Source: Malacoraja senta
Lineage: Eukaryota
Reading direction: 5' to 3'
Assembly: GCA_038087875.1 (NCBI GenBank)
Contig: JAXLNO010000569.1
Span: 1-64,000 of the forward strand
DNA length: 64,000 nucleotides
Below, in pieces: positions 43,427-58,127 of this stretch. Within the stretch, counting starts at the first letter, position 1, and every line of letters starts with the position of its first letter. Position numbers and translations under genes: made by a program. The notes under the pieces are model-generated. The model did no database searches, was not told the origin of the DNA, and was given only the letters and a program-made list of their open reading frames with translations.

Positions 43427-46400
43427 TTTTTTTCTTCTTTTAATATTTTATTTATTAGAAGTAATATACATTGCAGTGATATAAGCCCAAAATAACATAA
43501 TACATTTCCTGTACCACTTCTTGTTTTAAACTTTAAAAAGCAGAAGAATAGAGAGAGTTAGATAAGATAGTAAGTGCGTGAAAGAGTGATCAGGAGAAAC
43601 CCGTAGAAACGTAAAACACGAGAAAGAGTTAAAAATAAAACCAAAGAAAAAGAAAGAGAAAAATAGAAAACAGAAGATATAAGAAAGTAAAATAAGATAA
43701 AAGGGATGTCCCTACTTCGTATCTTTACACACCCCTCACCGGGTCCTGAAACCATTTATTTTCAAAGTTATGTTGCACCCTATGCTTGTAATAAGTCGAT
43801 ACATGGAGACCAAATCTTTTGGAAATGGTCTGATTTGCCTGCTAGGAGAAATCTCATCTCTACTCGGTGTAACATTTTGGACTTATTTGAAATCCACATT
43901 TTTATCGTTGGTTTGGGAGCGTTTTTCCAGAATTTAAGTATACGTTTTTTTGCCATTATTAAGCCGTAATTAAGGAAGATCTTTTGGAACGAAATCAGCT
44001 CAAAGCTGGCTTCCATTGTTCCAAAAATAATCAATTCTGCGTTCGGTTTCAGTTTTGTTTTAAATCATTTTGTAAAAATTTCATTCCAAAATGTTTGGAT
44101 TTTTATATCAAAAACAAAGGAATGTGCTATAGTTGCTTCTTGGGATAGAAATTTATCACAGATGGGGGAGATTTGGAAACAATTACTTATTTTTGTTTTT
44201 GAGTAATAGTCAATGTGAAGTTTTAAATTTGATTAGAATATGTCTTACATTGATTGAGCATTTGTGCACATATAGCAAGTGTTTATCCCAACTCTGTTTC
44301 GAGATTTTTATAGCTAGTTCTTGTTCCCAATCTCTTCTAATTCTATCGGATAATGGTATTTCGATATTTAGGATGATATTATACAAGTATGATATTATAT
44401 TAGTTGATTCCGCCTTCATATTCATTGCTTCGTCTAATAGGTCTGGAGACAAATTTTGATATTCTTGTGTATATTTTTCCAAATAATCACGGATTTGAAA
44501 ATATTTAAAATATTGATTACTTCTCAGATTTCCATTTTCATACATGTCTCCAAACGTTTTAATTCCTATTCTTTCCCAGTGTGTTCATGATTTATCTATA
44601 ATAGATGGTTTAAACGACCGATTATTAACTATGGGAGAGAGAAGCGATAGGTTTCTTAAATTTTAGGGTTAATTTTATTTGATTCGAAATTCTAATTGTA
44701 CTATGAATAATTGGATGTTTTACTGTATATTGTATTATTCAGTTGTATTGGTGAGAGAAGGATCGCTCCTATATTAAATGGGAGCAATCCTCTCTCTCCA
44801 TTACTATCCAATCCAGCCGCTGGGCAGAGTTGTCCAACAGGTGAATCACATTTTTGACATTTGCTGCCAAATTATAATACAAAAATTAGGGAGTGTTAAT
44901 CCACCAAACTCTCTAGGTTGTTTGCACAAATGTCTTTGAATTCTATGGGATATATAGTCCCATATAAAATTTGTGATATCGGAATCCAGTTTTTTTTTAA
45001 ACTTTTTTGGTAAGTATATTTATATTGATTGGAATAGATATAAAATTTGTGGTAAAAAGATCATTTTTATAGCATTTATTCGGCCAATTAAAGACATCGG
45101 AAGAGTTTTCAAAAATTTAATCAGGGCGTTTAATTTATTAAGTAGGGGCATATAGTTTGCATTAAATAAAGATTTATATTTTCTGGAAATTTCAATTCCC
45201 AAATATATTTTTTTTCTGTACCAATTTTAAAAGGGAATTTTCACAGGTGTGCTTATTCTTGAGGTTTTATCGTCATAATTTCACTTTTATTCCAATTTAT
45301 TCTATTTCCTGAAAAGGATCCAAATTCCTCTATTAGATTTAATATATTTGGTATACTGATTTGTGATTTTGTGATGTATAGTAGTACATCATCTGCGTAT
45401 AATGATATTTTATTATTTGAGTATTTTGTATTATAACCATGGATATTCGGATGTGTTCTAATGCTTTCAGCTAGAGGTTCTATTACAAGAGCAAATAGCA
45501 GAGGTGATAGTGAGCGTCCCTGTTTATTGCCCCTTGGTAATTGAAATTTCGGGGACAACATGTTATCAGTTAATATTCTAGCAGTGGGCCTGTCATATAA
45601 TAGTTTTACCCATGAGATAAAATTCTGTCCCATTTGACATTTTTACAATACTTTAACAAGGTAGTGCGATTCCACTTGATCGAATGCTTTTTCTGCATCC
45701 AATGAAATAATTGATCTTCAGTTTGATATGAATGCGTTATACTAAACAGACGTCTCACATTATTGCATGAATATCTCTTGGGTATAAACCCCGTTTGATC
45801 CGCATTGATGAATTTACTAACATATTTACTAAATCTTCTAGCTAATGTTTTTGCTAGTATTTTTTGATCTGTATTTAACAGCGCAATGGCTCGGTATGAA
45901 CCAGGGTCTGCTAAATCTTTATCTTTTTTAGGTATAAGCGTAATCGTTGATTCCGTTAATGTTTCTGGTAATGTTTCTTCTTTGAAAGCATATGTATACA
46001 TTTTATGTAAACGTGGTGAAATTATCTCATAAAATCTTTTATAAAATTCATTACTAAATCCATCTGGTCCTGGTGTTTTTCCATCCTTTAGAGAGTTTAT
46101 TGTTTCTTCTATTTCCTTAATTGAGATTTGTGCTCCTAATTCCTCTTGTTCGATCAGGTTAAGTTTTGGGAGATTCCAGTTATCCAAGAACTCTATAACT
46201 TTAGTACTATCTGCTGACGTTTTAGATGTATATAAATGTTGATACAATTGAGCAAATCTTTTATTAATATCATTAGGCAGTGTTAACAATTCAACTTTAT
46301 CTGATTTAATCTTTAAGATCGTATGATCTTTTTCCCGTTTTTTCAATTGACGTCCCAAAAGGTTATGCGGTTTATCACCAAATTCAAAATGTTCCTGTTT

Positions 46401-46502
46401 TGTAATTTGAAATAATTTAATAACTTTTGCTGATAATATTTTATTTAATTAAATTCCAATATTGTTATTTTATTATGTTTATCTATAGTTGGCTCTTTAG
46501 CG
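43427..46502 (-). mobile_element. L1-clade LINE in the intron of copy 3 (same insertion as copy 1)
   Basis: RT motifs (GPDG, SPLLF, YADD); perfect TSD aaattcga at 43419-43426 and 46503-46510. Confidence 0.9.
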
Positions 46503-46570
46503 AAATTCGAATTTATATCCGCAGATGTATCTGTACATGCTCGCCACCGTGCCACAGTCAGTACCACCTA

Positions 46571-46945
46571 CATGGCGGAAATTCTGGGGAGGGACGGGAG
46601 TAACCCTCCCCCCCCCCCCGGCGCTTTGAGAGGTGGGGGACAATCCCACCTACTTTCGTAATCCGGAATTTATCAGACGGTTTCTAAGGGCTGAATCTGC
46701 CAGTTCGCGGGGCCTTTCACCACCCAGCGCGTCTTAAAATCAACCTGCTGCATCTAGGCGATCGAGGCTCCCCATGTTGAAGCCCCCGCCGGCCGACGAA
46801 AGGCCCTGTGATCGGGCGGATGCAAGCCCCACCATTCGAGGCGGACGAAGCTGCTGTTGCTGAAGTTCGTAGTCGGTCACCAACCAGGTCAGCTTCCGAT
46901 GTTACCGTCCCCCCCACCCATATTTTATAGCGATTTCCGTGCCTG
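46571..46945. mobile_element. hAT-type MITE in GPCR intron (copy 3)
   Basis: Paralog of 30599-30979. Confidence 0.5.
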
Positions 46946-47379
46946 ACTGTCGGTGTCACACAGTTCCGGAGACGCAGGTTCAAGCTCCACCCTCCCGTGC
47001 TTTATGAGCAATGTTTCATCGTTCGTCCTCCGACTCCACGCTAATCTTGGCTGTGCGCATGTTTCCTCCCACATGCAATTGACCTGCCTATTAATGGTTT
47101 CTGTAACTACTGTCCCTGGGACAGTGTAGATGGATGTTACAATCTGGAGACAGTTCAGAAGAATATGGGCAGTATTAAAAGCTGTGAACGTAATATACAT
47201 TGGTGTTTGATGAGGTGCGTGGACACCGTGGTCCAAATGCTGTAGTCTCTGAACGTGGTCTGGGCTAAAGGTCATTTGGTCAACCAAATTTGAAGTTTGA
47301 AAACCTTCCATTTAGACAATGTCCCTCAGATACATTTGTGCGGGCCTTATGTCAGTAATATCTCTTCTCTCTCTCACAG

Positions 47380-48284
47380 TGAACTTGTTGGCGATTGTGA
47401 TTCTCTGTCGAGGTAAATGCAGTCTCTCCAAATGCATCACTCTCTACCTGGTGGCCATGGCAGCGTCTGATCTCCTGGTCGGCATCACCGATCCGTTTCT
47501 CCGTCTGACTATTCGATTTTACTTCCCGTATTCTTTGCTGAACATTATTCCCGTGTGCACGACTAACTATTTCCTGGTCTTTACATCCACCGCGGTCTCT
47601 GTCTGGCTGACGGTCGCCTTCACCTTCGATCGGTTTGTGGCTATTTGTTGTGAGAAGCTGAAAACAAGATATTGCACTGAGAGAACGGCGGCTGTGATTA
47701 TCGGGGCAGTGAGTGTGCTGGGCTGTTTAGAGAACGTCCCCCGGTGTTTTACGTTACAACCTGTCTACGTGTTTGATAATCTTCCCTGGGGTTGCTACAC
47801 CAAACCCACCTACTTTACGTCGTCTGCATGGATCGCATATGAGGTCACACACCGCGTTCTAACCCCTTGTATCCCGTTCTTTCTGATCCTTCTGCTCAAT
47901 GTGCTGACGGTCAGGCGCATTGTGGCGGCCAGCAGAATCCGCAGGGGGCTCCGGGGAAAAAGCAACGGAGAGAATGACAAGGACCCGGAGATGGAGAACC
48001 GCAGGAAATCCATTGTTTTACTCTTCAGTATCACGAGCACTTTCGTCCTGCTGTGGGCAACACAGGCCATATTTTACATCTTTACGCGTATTGCGAAGGT
48101 GCGGGCTGACGGCAACCCCACCGGTTATTACTATATCACAGGGGTCACGTCGGTTTTCTTACAGCTGCTCAGTACCTGCACCAACACGTGTATTTACGTG
48201 GTGACCCAGAGTAAATTCAGGGCTGAGCTGATCAACGTGGTTAAATTCCCAGTGAGTGCAATTCGTGCACTTGTCCGTCCGTGA
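47380..48284 (+). CDS. GPR139/142-like GPCR copy 3, exon 2 (intact; 324 aa spliced)
   Basis: cacag acceptor; open frame through all TM segments and helix 8 (SKFRAELINVVKFP) to TGA. Confidence 0.9.
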
Positions 48285-50424
48285 CCCTCTGATCCACGCC
48301 GATAGTTCAACATACATTTGCTCCCATCAGTGTTTGTCCTCCCAATATTCCCATTCAAATGCTCAGAATCTCCACTACGCACATACTCACACGGAAAAGC
48401 TTGCAATGGCCATTTGAACCATCACTCGTAGACGTTATAGAATCATACATCACTGAAGCTGTCACTTTGGCTCAATTCGTCTCTGCTAACCGAGATGCGC
48501 CGTCAACGCGAGTCCGATTTGCCCGCGATTCCCCGACATTCATTTTAACCTTCCCTATAAATGCACCCGTCCAATCACCCTAACGGGCTTGCCCACTCCT
48601 GTATCAAACATCTTCTAACCCACCATTCTACCTCCAGGTCCCTCAGGTCGGCCGACTTGGGGCTACTGACTATCTCGCGGTCTAGGTTTAAGCTCAGGGG
48701 CGACCGCGCTTTTGCGGTTGCAGCCCCTAGACTGTGGAACAGCATCCCTCTCCTCATCAGAACTACCCCCGCCATCGACTTCTTTATATCGAGGCTCAAA
48801 CCTATTTCAACCCAATAGCGCTATTGAGGCCCTCTGAGGGGGCGCTGTAAACGATTTGTGTATGTATTGTTAGCTCTGTGTACCATTGTATGTAGCACAT
48901 TAGTATCTGCTCTGGTCTACAGCACTTTGGTAAACGAGACTTGATTTTATATGTGGTATATGTTTTCTTCTCGTTTCAACGTGTTGAAAAATCTTCACGA
49001 GTCTTCACGAGCTTACCGCGTTTCCCGAGTACCTGCCGTTATCGGCACGAGCCGCTAAGAGACGTCCCCGAGCTCCTACGTACCCGCTACGTACATTCAA
49101 CGCGCTTACCACGAGTTTGATTTTTTTCCCCACTCGGGAGAGCTCTTGAATTAACTCGTACAGTGGGACAGGCACTGGCACACTTCGCGCTATGACATAC
49201 CTTTTCTGTCATTAGTTGACGGCTGCATTTCTCATCATATCTGACGACGTTAGATTTGCCGCAGATGATCTGAAGCCGACGTAAACAATGCGTGGAAAAC
49301 ACAAATTGATGGAGCAAATCTGCGATACGAGTAGAAACTGTGCAGGGAATGGACAGACGGCGTTTTGTATCGGAACCGCGAAGATCTGGGGGAATAGCCC
49401 ATCGAGAAACAACGCCTGTCTATCCGCATCACAAATGCTGTCTGACCCATTGAATACTGAACTGCCCCCCCCCCCCCCCCCCCGCTGCAGGATGCAAAGG
49501 ATTTGGAGAGGGCGTTGAAATGTTAGCATGTTGGTGAAAATGCAAAGGCTGGATGGAAGAGGGCAAAGTTCAGTTGAGATATGTGGGGCATGTTTCTATA
49601 TGTCGAGGGTGACCGATGCCTGAATTTTATTAGAACGGAGACGAGGAAACACTTTTTCTCACAGAGAGTGGTGAGTCTGTGGAATTATCTGCCTCAGAGG
49701 GCGGTGGAGGCCGGTTCTCTGGAATCTTTCAAGAGAGAGCTAGATAGGTTTCTTAAAAATAGCGGAGTCAGGAGATATGGGGAGAAGGCAGGAACGGGGT
49801 ACTGATTGGGGATGATCAGCCATGATCACATTGAATGGCGGTGTTGGCTCGAAGGGCCAAATGGCCTGCTCCTGCACCTATGTTCTATTGTCTATTGAAA
49901 TGTTCTTCTCGTGTCGGTGGTGGAGGCTGTTGGTATCAATGGAGTTTATGAGGCATTTGTATGGGCATGTGGATGTGCAAAAACCTGAGAGATCTCCATC
50001 AATTTGAGTAAGCAGATTACACTAATTTATCTTGACATCATGTTCGACCCAGACTTTGCCTTTCCCTGTGTTGCATAGAAAAATAGAAAATAGGTGCAGG
50101 AGGAGGCCATTCGGCCCTTCGAGCCCTTGTGATCATGGCTGTTCATCCCCAATCAATCCCATAGTTGTACATGTCTATATTCGATACACAAGTACACAAG
50201 ACATTGTTAAGAAAATAATACCATGGTGCAGAATGCAGATTTGCGTTTATTATTCTTGTGTGCACCGCGTTAAATCGAAAAGGTTTGTTTTTCCCGTTAT
50301 TGAAACAAAAAAAGCTGTACAATAAATATACACAATCATATCAAATTCAAGATCATTTGATCGAGCAAGAGGGAAGATTGTTAGAATATAGACATTTGCA
50401 TTGCAGCGCATTAGCCCCATAGAA

Positions 50425-50758
50425 GGGCGGTCACGGTGGTGCAGCGGTAGAGTTGCTGCCTTACAGCGAATGCAGCGCCGGAGACCCGGGTTCGATCCCG
50501 ACTACGGGTGCTGTCTGTATGGAGTTTGTACCTTCTCCCCGTGACCTGCGTGGGTTTTCTCCGAGATCTTCGGTATTCTCCCACACTCCAAAGAGGTACA
50601 GGTTTCTAGGTTAATTGACTTGGGGAAAATGTAAAAATGGTCCCTAGTGGGAGTAGAATAGTGTTAATGTGCGGGGATCGCTGGTCGGCGCCGACCCGGT
50701 GGGCCGAAGGGCCTGTTTCTGGGCTGCATCTCTAAAGCTAAAACTAAATAAAACTAAA
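50425..50758 (+). mobile_element. tRNA-derived SINE (V-SINE/HE1-like)
   Basis: A box GGTGGTGCAGCGG, B box GGTTCGATCC, core GGAGTTTG..TTCTCCCCGTG..TGCGTGGGTTT, CR1-like tail GGGCCGAAGGGCCTGTTT, (CTAAAA)n end. Confidence 0.85.
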
Positions 50759-50934
50759 GACAAAGTCAGCTGTCCACGTTGGGGAAGTGGTGAATCGCGT
50801 ACTCATGGCTTGTGGAAGGACCGTCAGGAAACATAATAGCAGAGGGGGAAAGAGATTTCTTAGTGTGGTGGTGCGTTCGTTCAAGCCTCTGTACCTTTAG
50901 CCGGACGGGGGCAGCGAGGATGCGTGGATGTTTT

Positions 50935-51200
50935 TTTTCAATTTCGTCGAATTTGAGGAAGGATTTGGTTTTAGCTATTGTACGAAGCTGGAAGAATCCA
51001 ACTTCTACCACAGCGTTGACTTCCTTGTCAAACTTCAATGCGGAGTCAAATATCACGCCAAGTTTTTTGACATGCGGTTTGACTAAGTAGGTTTGGCATC
51101 CAAGGCTGCCTGCTATCGTTTTGATGGAGTCAGGCTTGGTAATCATTGGTAATATTAATTCCAAGGAACTTGAAGATCTTAACCATTTCTTATTGAGCAG
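50935..51200 (-). mobile_element. L2 LINE internal fragment
   Basis: LGVIFDSALKFDKEVNAVV...FFQLRTIAK. Confidence 0.7.
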
Positions 51201-51204
51201 GCGT

Positions 51205-51692
<488 letters not shown>

Positions 51693-51694
51693 CA

Positions 51695-54010
51695 ATGAGA
51701 TGAGAAAAACATTTTCACACAGAGAGTGGTGAATCTGTGGAATTCTCTGCCACAGAAGGTAGTTGAGGCCAGTTCATTAGCTATATTTAAGAGGGAGTTA
51801 GATGTGGCCCTTGTGGCTAAATGGATCAGGGGGTATGGAGAAAAGGCAGGTACAGGATACTGAGTTGGATGATCAGCCATGATCATATTGAATGGCGGTG
51901 CAGGCTCGAAGGGCCGAATGGCCTACTCCTGCACCTATTTTCTATGTTTCTATGTTTCTATGTTTCTATGCTGCTGCACCCGCTGAGTTTCTCCAGCATT
52001 TTTGTCTACCTGTAATCTCAAATGTGCTCTGTCTGTCATCGGCCTCCCCAGTTGTAGCCACACAGCGGACACACAACTGACTGCACAACAGTGGCGACAC
52101 TATATTGGGTGGTGGTGTTACTAACAACGGAGGCCCTTCGGTCATCTCCCTCGCAAGTGTCCAACAGGTGCTTGCTTCACTGTCCTCAAACTGAACTACA
52201 GCCTGGAAATCTGAGGAATTAAACATCAATAGGCGTCTAATTTTCTCAAAGGGGCAGAGTAAACAACAAAATAATATATATTAAAAATAATATAACTGCC
52301 TGTCAAATAGGTTGCTCATTTTTAAATATCCCTGACCATTGAAGTGTTTCTTTCAGTCTCTATGTGTCCCAGATATACACATCACAGAGGGAGAAATACT
52401 CTCTTAAATTAATTGATATATAGGCACAGAAATACATAGAAACATAGAAACATAGACAATAGGTGCAGGAGGAGGCCATTTGGCCCTTCCAGCCAACACC
52501 GCCATTCATTGTGATCATGGCTGATCGTCCCCTATCAATAACCCGTGCCTGCCTTCTCCCCATATCCATTGACTCCACTAGGCCCTAGAGCTCTATCTAA
52601 CTCTCACTTAAATCCATCCAGTGACTTGGCCTCCACTGCCCTCTGTGGCAGGGAATTCCACAAATTCACAACTCTCTGGGTGAAAAAGTTTTTTCTCACC
52701 TCAGTCTTAAATGGCCTCCCCTTTATTCTAAGTGTGTGTGGCCCCTGGTTCTGGACTCGCCCAACATTGGGGGGAAAATTCCTGCATCGAGCTTGTCCAG
52801 TCCTTTTATAATTTGATATGTTTCTATAAGATCCCCCCTCATCCTTCTAAACTCCAGTGAATACAAGCCCAGTCTTTTCAATCTTTCCTCATATGACAGT
52901 CCCGCCATCCCAGGGATCAATCTCGTGAACCTACGCTGCACTGCCTCAATCACAAGGATGTCCTTCCTCAAATTAGGAGACCAAAACTGTACACAATACT
53001 CCAGATGTGGTCTTACCAGAGCCCTATACAACTGGAGAAGAACCTCTTTACTCCTATACTGAAATCCTCTTGTTATGAAGGCCAACATTCCATTAGCTTT
53101 CTTCACTGCCTGCTGTACCTGCACGCCAACTTTCAGTGACCGGTGTACAAGGACACCCAGGTCACGCTGCACCTCCCCCTTACCTAACCTAACCCCATTG
53201 AGATAATAATCTGCCCCCTTGTTCACTCTCGGAGCTAAGTGTAAGTTTGTCTTGAAAACATTCAGTTAATTGGCCCCCCACAGTCTTATGTCAGGGATGG
53301 CAGGACTTTCATATGAAGAAAGACTGGATAGACTCGGCTTGTACTCGCTAGAATTTAGAAGATTGAGCGGGGATCTTATAGAAACATACAAAATTCTTAA
53401 GGGGTTGGACAGGCTAGATGCAGGAAGATTGTTCCCGATGTTGGGGAAGTCCAGAACAAGGGGTCACAGTTTTAAGATAAGGGGGAAATCTTTTAGGACC
53501 AAGATGAGAAAAACATTTTTCACACAGAGAGTGGTGAATCTCTGGAATTCTCTGCCACAGAAGGTAGTTGAGGCCAGTTCATTGGCTATATTTAAGAGGG
53601 AGTTAGATGTAGCCCTTGTGGCTAAAGGGATCAGGGGGTATGGAGAGAAAGCAGGTACAGGATACTGAGTTGGATGATCAGCCATGATCATATTGAATGG
53701 CGGTGCAGGCTCGAAGGGCCGAATGGCCTACTCCTGCACCTATTTTCTATGTTTCTATGTTATGTGGCAGAGAATTCCACAGACTCACAACTCACTGGGT
53801 GAAAACGTTTTTCCTCATCTCAGTCCTAAATCGCCGACCCCTTATTCTTAAACTGTGACCTCCTGGTTCTGGACTCCCCCAACATCTGGAACATTTTTCC
53901 GCATCTCGCCTGCCCAATCCTTTAAGAATTTTATATGTTTCGAACAGATGGCCTCTCATCCTTCCAAATTCCAGTGCATATTACCCCAGTCAATCCATTA
54001 TTTCATCATA
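51695..54010. mobile_element. Cluster of CR1 3' fragments (+ ~51695-51970, - ~52430-53225, + ~53288-53765, - ~53765-54010)
   Basis: RPHLEYCVQFWSP and GLYSLEFRR translations; GTTTCTAT tails; separated by non-CR1 sequence. Confidence 0.85.
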
Positions 54011-54159
54011 TATCAGGGATATGGGTATGAATGGAACAAATACAAGTGAATGAGATTAACGTAGATAGACATCTCGATCTGCATGGATGAGTCGGGCCGA
54101 AGGGCCAGTTTCCGTGCTGTTTCCATGATCATTTGACACACCACTGGAATCACCGGTTC

Positions 54160-54548
54160 TGTAAGCGGAGGCTTGGCGATCGTTTAGCCGAACACCTCCG
54201 CTCGGTCCGCAATAACCAACCTGACCTCCCGGTGGCTCAGCACTTCAACTCCCCCTCCCATTCCGTATCCGACCTTTCTGTCCTGGGCCTCCTCCATGAC
54301 CAGAGCGAGCAACACCGGAAATTGGAGGAACAGCACCTCATATTCCGCTTGGGGAGTCTGCATCCTGGGGGGCATGAACATTGAATTCTCCCAATTTTGT
54401 TAGCCCTTGCTGTCTCCTCCCCTTCCCAGCTCTCTCTCAGCCCTCGGGCTCCTCCTCCTCCTTTTTCCTTTCTTCTCCCCCCACCCCCTATCAGTCTGAA
54501 GAAGGATTTCGGCCCAAAACGTTCCCTATTTCCTTCGCTCCATAGATG
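54160..54548 (+). mobile_element. Penelope-like element 3' fragment (GIY-YIG C-terminus + pseudo-LTR)
   Basis: KRRLGDRLAEHLRSV...PVAQHFNSPSHS...RKLEEQHLIFRLGSLHPGG; the terminal repeat resumes at ~55131 after a CR1 insertion. Confidence 0.8.
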
Positions 54549-57537
54549 AGACCACACCTGGAGTATTGCGTACAGTTTTGGTCTCCTAATCTGAGGAAAG
54601 ACTTTCTTGCCATAGAGGGAGTACAGAGAAGGTTCACCAGACTGATTCCTGCGATGTCAGGACTTTCATATGAAGAAAGACTGGATAGACTCGGCTTGTA
54701 CTCGCTGGAATTTTTGAAGATTGAGTGGGGATCTTATAGAAACTTACAAAATTCTTAAGGGGTTGGACAGGCTAGATTCAGGAAGATTGTTCCTGATGTT
54801 GGGGTAGTCCAGGACAAGGGGTCACGGTTTAAGGATAAAGGGGAAATCTTTTAGGACTGAGATGAGAAAAACATTTTTTACACAGAGAGTGGTGAATCTG
54901 TGGAATTCTCTGCCACAGAAGGTAGTTGAGGCCAGTTCATTGGCTATATTTAAGAGGGAGTTAGATGTGGCCCTTGTGGCTAAAGGGATCAGGGAGTATG
55001 GAGAGAAGGCAGGTACAGGATACTGAGTTGGATGATCAGCCATGATCATATCAAATGGCGGTGCAGGCTCGAAGGGCCGAATGGCCTACTCCTGCACCTA
55101 TTTTATATGTTTCTATGTTTCTATGTTTCTATGCTGCTGCACCCGCTGAGTTTCTCCAGCATTTTTGTCTACCTGTAATCTCAAATGTGCTCTGTCTGTC
55201 ATCGGCCTCCCCAGTTGTAGCCACACAGCGGACACACAACTGACTGCACAACAGTGGCGACACTATATTGGGTGGTGGTGTTACTAACAACGGAGGCCCA
55301 TCGGTCATCTCCCTCGCAAGTGTCCAACAGGTGCCTGCTTCACTGTCCTCAAACTGAACTACAGCCTGGAAATCCCAGGAATTAAACATCAATAGGTGTC
55401 TAATTTTCTCAAAGGTGCAGATTAAACAACAAAATAATATATATTTAAAATAATATAACTGCCTGTCAAATAGGTTGTACATTTTTAAATATCCCTGACC
55501 ATTGAAGTGTTTCTTTCAGTCTCTATGTGTCCCAGATATACACATCACAGAGGGAGAAATACTCTCTTAAATTAATTGATATATAGGCACAGAAATACAT
55601 AGAAACATAGAAACATAGACAATAGGTGCAGGAGGAGGCCATTTGGCCCTTCGAGCCAACACCGCCATTTCCTGCATCTAGCTTGTCCAGTCCTTATATA
55701 ATTGTATATGTTTCTATAAGATCCCCCCTCATCCTTCTAAACTCCAGTGAATACAGCCCTGTCTTTTCAATCTTTCCTCATATGACAGTCCCGCCATCCC
55801 AGGGATCAATCTCGTGAACCTACGCTGCACTGCCTCAATCACAAGGATGTCCTTCCTCAAATTAGGAGACCAAAACTGTACACAATACTCCAGATGTGGT
55901 CTTACCAGAGCCCTATACATCTGCAGAAGAACCTCTTTACTCAAATACTGAAATCCTCTTGTTATGAAGGCCAACATTCCATTAGCTTTCTTCACTGCCT
56001 GCTGTACCTGCACGCCAACTTTCAGTGACCGGTGTACAAGGACACCCAGGTCTCGCTGTACCTCCTCCTTACCTAACCTAACAGACTGGAGATTTGAAGG
56101 ATGAGAGGGGATCTTATAGAAACATACACAGTTATTCAGGGATTGGACAGGCGAGATGCAGGAAAAATGTTCCCGATGTTGGGGGAGTCCAGAACCAGGG
56201 GCCACACACAGTTGAAGAATAAGGGGTCGGCCATTTCGGACTAAGATGAGAAAAGACGTTTTCACCCAGAGAGTGTGAATCTGTGGGATTCTCTGCCACA
56301 GAAGGCAGTGGAGGCCAATTCGCTGGATGTTTTTCACGATGGAGTTAGAAATAGCTCAGGGCTAACGGAATCAAGTGATATGGGGAGAAAGCAGGAACGG
56401 GGTACTGATTTAGGATGATCAGCCATGATCATGTGGTGCTGGCTCGAAGGGCCAAAAGGCCTACTCCTGCACCTATGTTCTATCTTTCTATGTTTCTAAA
56501 CCACTGTGGACATCGCAGACGGGTGAGTCGGTCATTTGCTCTCAGACCGACCTTGCTGTCTGGTCCGTGGGTTTGAATTCACATCTACCTGTCCACTGGT
56601 CTGAAGTAGTTCATTACAAAATAGACTGCAGATTGAACCGGCAGGAACTAATATTCCCCGCTGGACGAAGGGTTACTCAATTCCCCCGTTCGCTGATCAG
56701 AAGCGGCATTTTAAGTTTTCCTGCATTTTCTGCTGTACTTTCAATTGTGTACGCGAGAGAGCAAATTAGTATTTCTCTGAAGTGTTAGTTAAGATGAAAA
56801 TATCAAATTAATGCATCATCACCTGCCGTCTTTACCTGTGTGGATCGAGCTGCAATACGCACATTAAATATGAAATTAATTATGGATACTGAGCTAGAGT
56901 TAACCCTTCATAGTCGAACATTTGAAATAAAATGAAAGGTTTATTTATTTTACGTCATGTGTCAAGATTTATTGAAATGTCACAGGTAATCCAGGCCCAT
57001 CACTGATCACATTGATAGAAACATAGAAAATAGGTGCAGGAGTTGGGCCAATCGGCCCTTCGAGCCTGCACTGCCATTCAATATGATCATGGCTGATCAT
57101 CCAACTCAGTATCCTGTACCTGCCTTCTCCCCATACCCTCTGATCCCTTTAGCCACAAGGGCCACATCTAACTCCCTCTTAAATATAGCCAATGAACTGG
57201 CTTCAACTACCTTCTGTGGCAGAGAATTCCACAGATTCACCACTCTCTGTGTGAAAAATGTTTTTCTCATCTCGGTCCTCAAAGACTTCCTCCTTATCCC
57301 TAAACTGTGACCCCTTGTTCTGGACTTCCCCAACATCGGGAACAATCTTCCTGCATCTAGCCTGTCCAACCCCTTAAGAATTTTGTACGTTTCTATAAGA
57401 TCCCCCCTCAATCTTCTAAATTCTAGCGAGTAGAAGCTGAGTCTATCCAGTCTTTCTTCATATGAAAGTCCTGACATCCCAGAAATCAGTCTGGTGAACC
57501 TTCTCTGTACTCCCTCTATGGCAAGAATGTATTTCCT
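54546..57537. mobile_element. CR1 3' fragments (+ ~54546-55130, - ~55600-56082, + ~56085-56495, - ~57015-57537)
   Basis: CR1 ORF2 C-terminal translations and 3' UTR tails. Confidence 0.85.
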
Positions 57538-57660
57538 TCTTTTGTATCTACCTTCCATTTAAACCAGCATCTACTGTTCTTTCCAACACATCATGTCCAA
57601 TCATCTACAGTGGATCAGCACGAGGCAGATGTTGACACTGGTGGAAATATATCTGAGCCA

Positions 57661-57719
57661 CGTGTGTGTGTGTGTGTGTGTGTGCGTGTGTATGTGTGTG
57701 TGTGTGTGTGTATGTGCGC

Positions 57720-57777
<58 letters not shown>

Positions 57778-57808
57778 CATGTGTGTGTGTGTGTGTGTGT
57801 GCGTCTGT

Positions 57809-57848
<40 letters not shown>

Positions 57849-58045
57849 CATGTGCGTGTGTGTGTGTGTGTGTGTGGGTGTGTGTGTGTTTCATGTGTGT
57901 GTGTGTGTGTGTGTGCGTCTGTGTGTGTGTGTGTTTCATGTGCGTGTGTGTGTGTGTGTGTGCGTCCGTGTGTGTGTGTGTTTCATGTGCGTGTGTGTGT
58001 GTGTGTGTGTCTGTGTGTATGTGTGTGTGTGTGTGTGTGTTTCAC

Positions 58046-58077
<32 letters not shown>

Positions 58078-58127
58078 GTGTGTGTGTGTCTGTGTGTCTG
58101 TGTGTTTCATGTGCGTGTGTGTGTGTG
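57661..58127. repeat. (TG)n microsatellite with TTTCA interruptions
   Basis: Direct reading. Confidence 0.97.

Noticed and set aside
50425..50505. tRNA gene
   Set aside because: A and B boxes belong to the SINE head; no full cloverleaf
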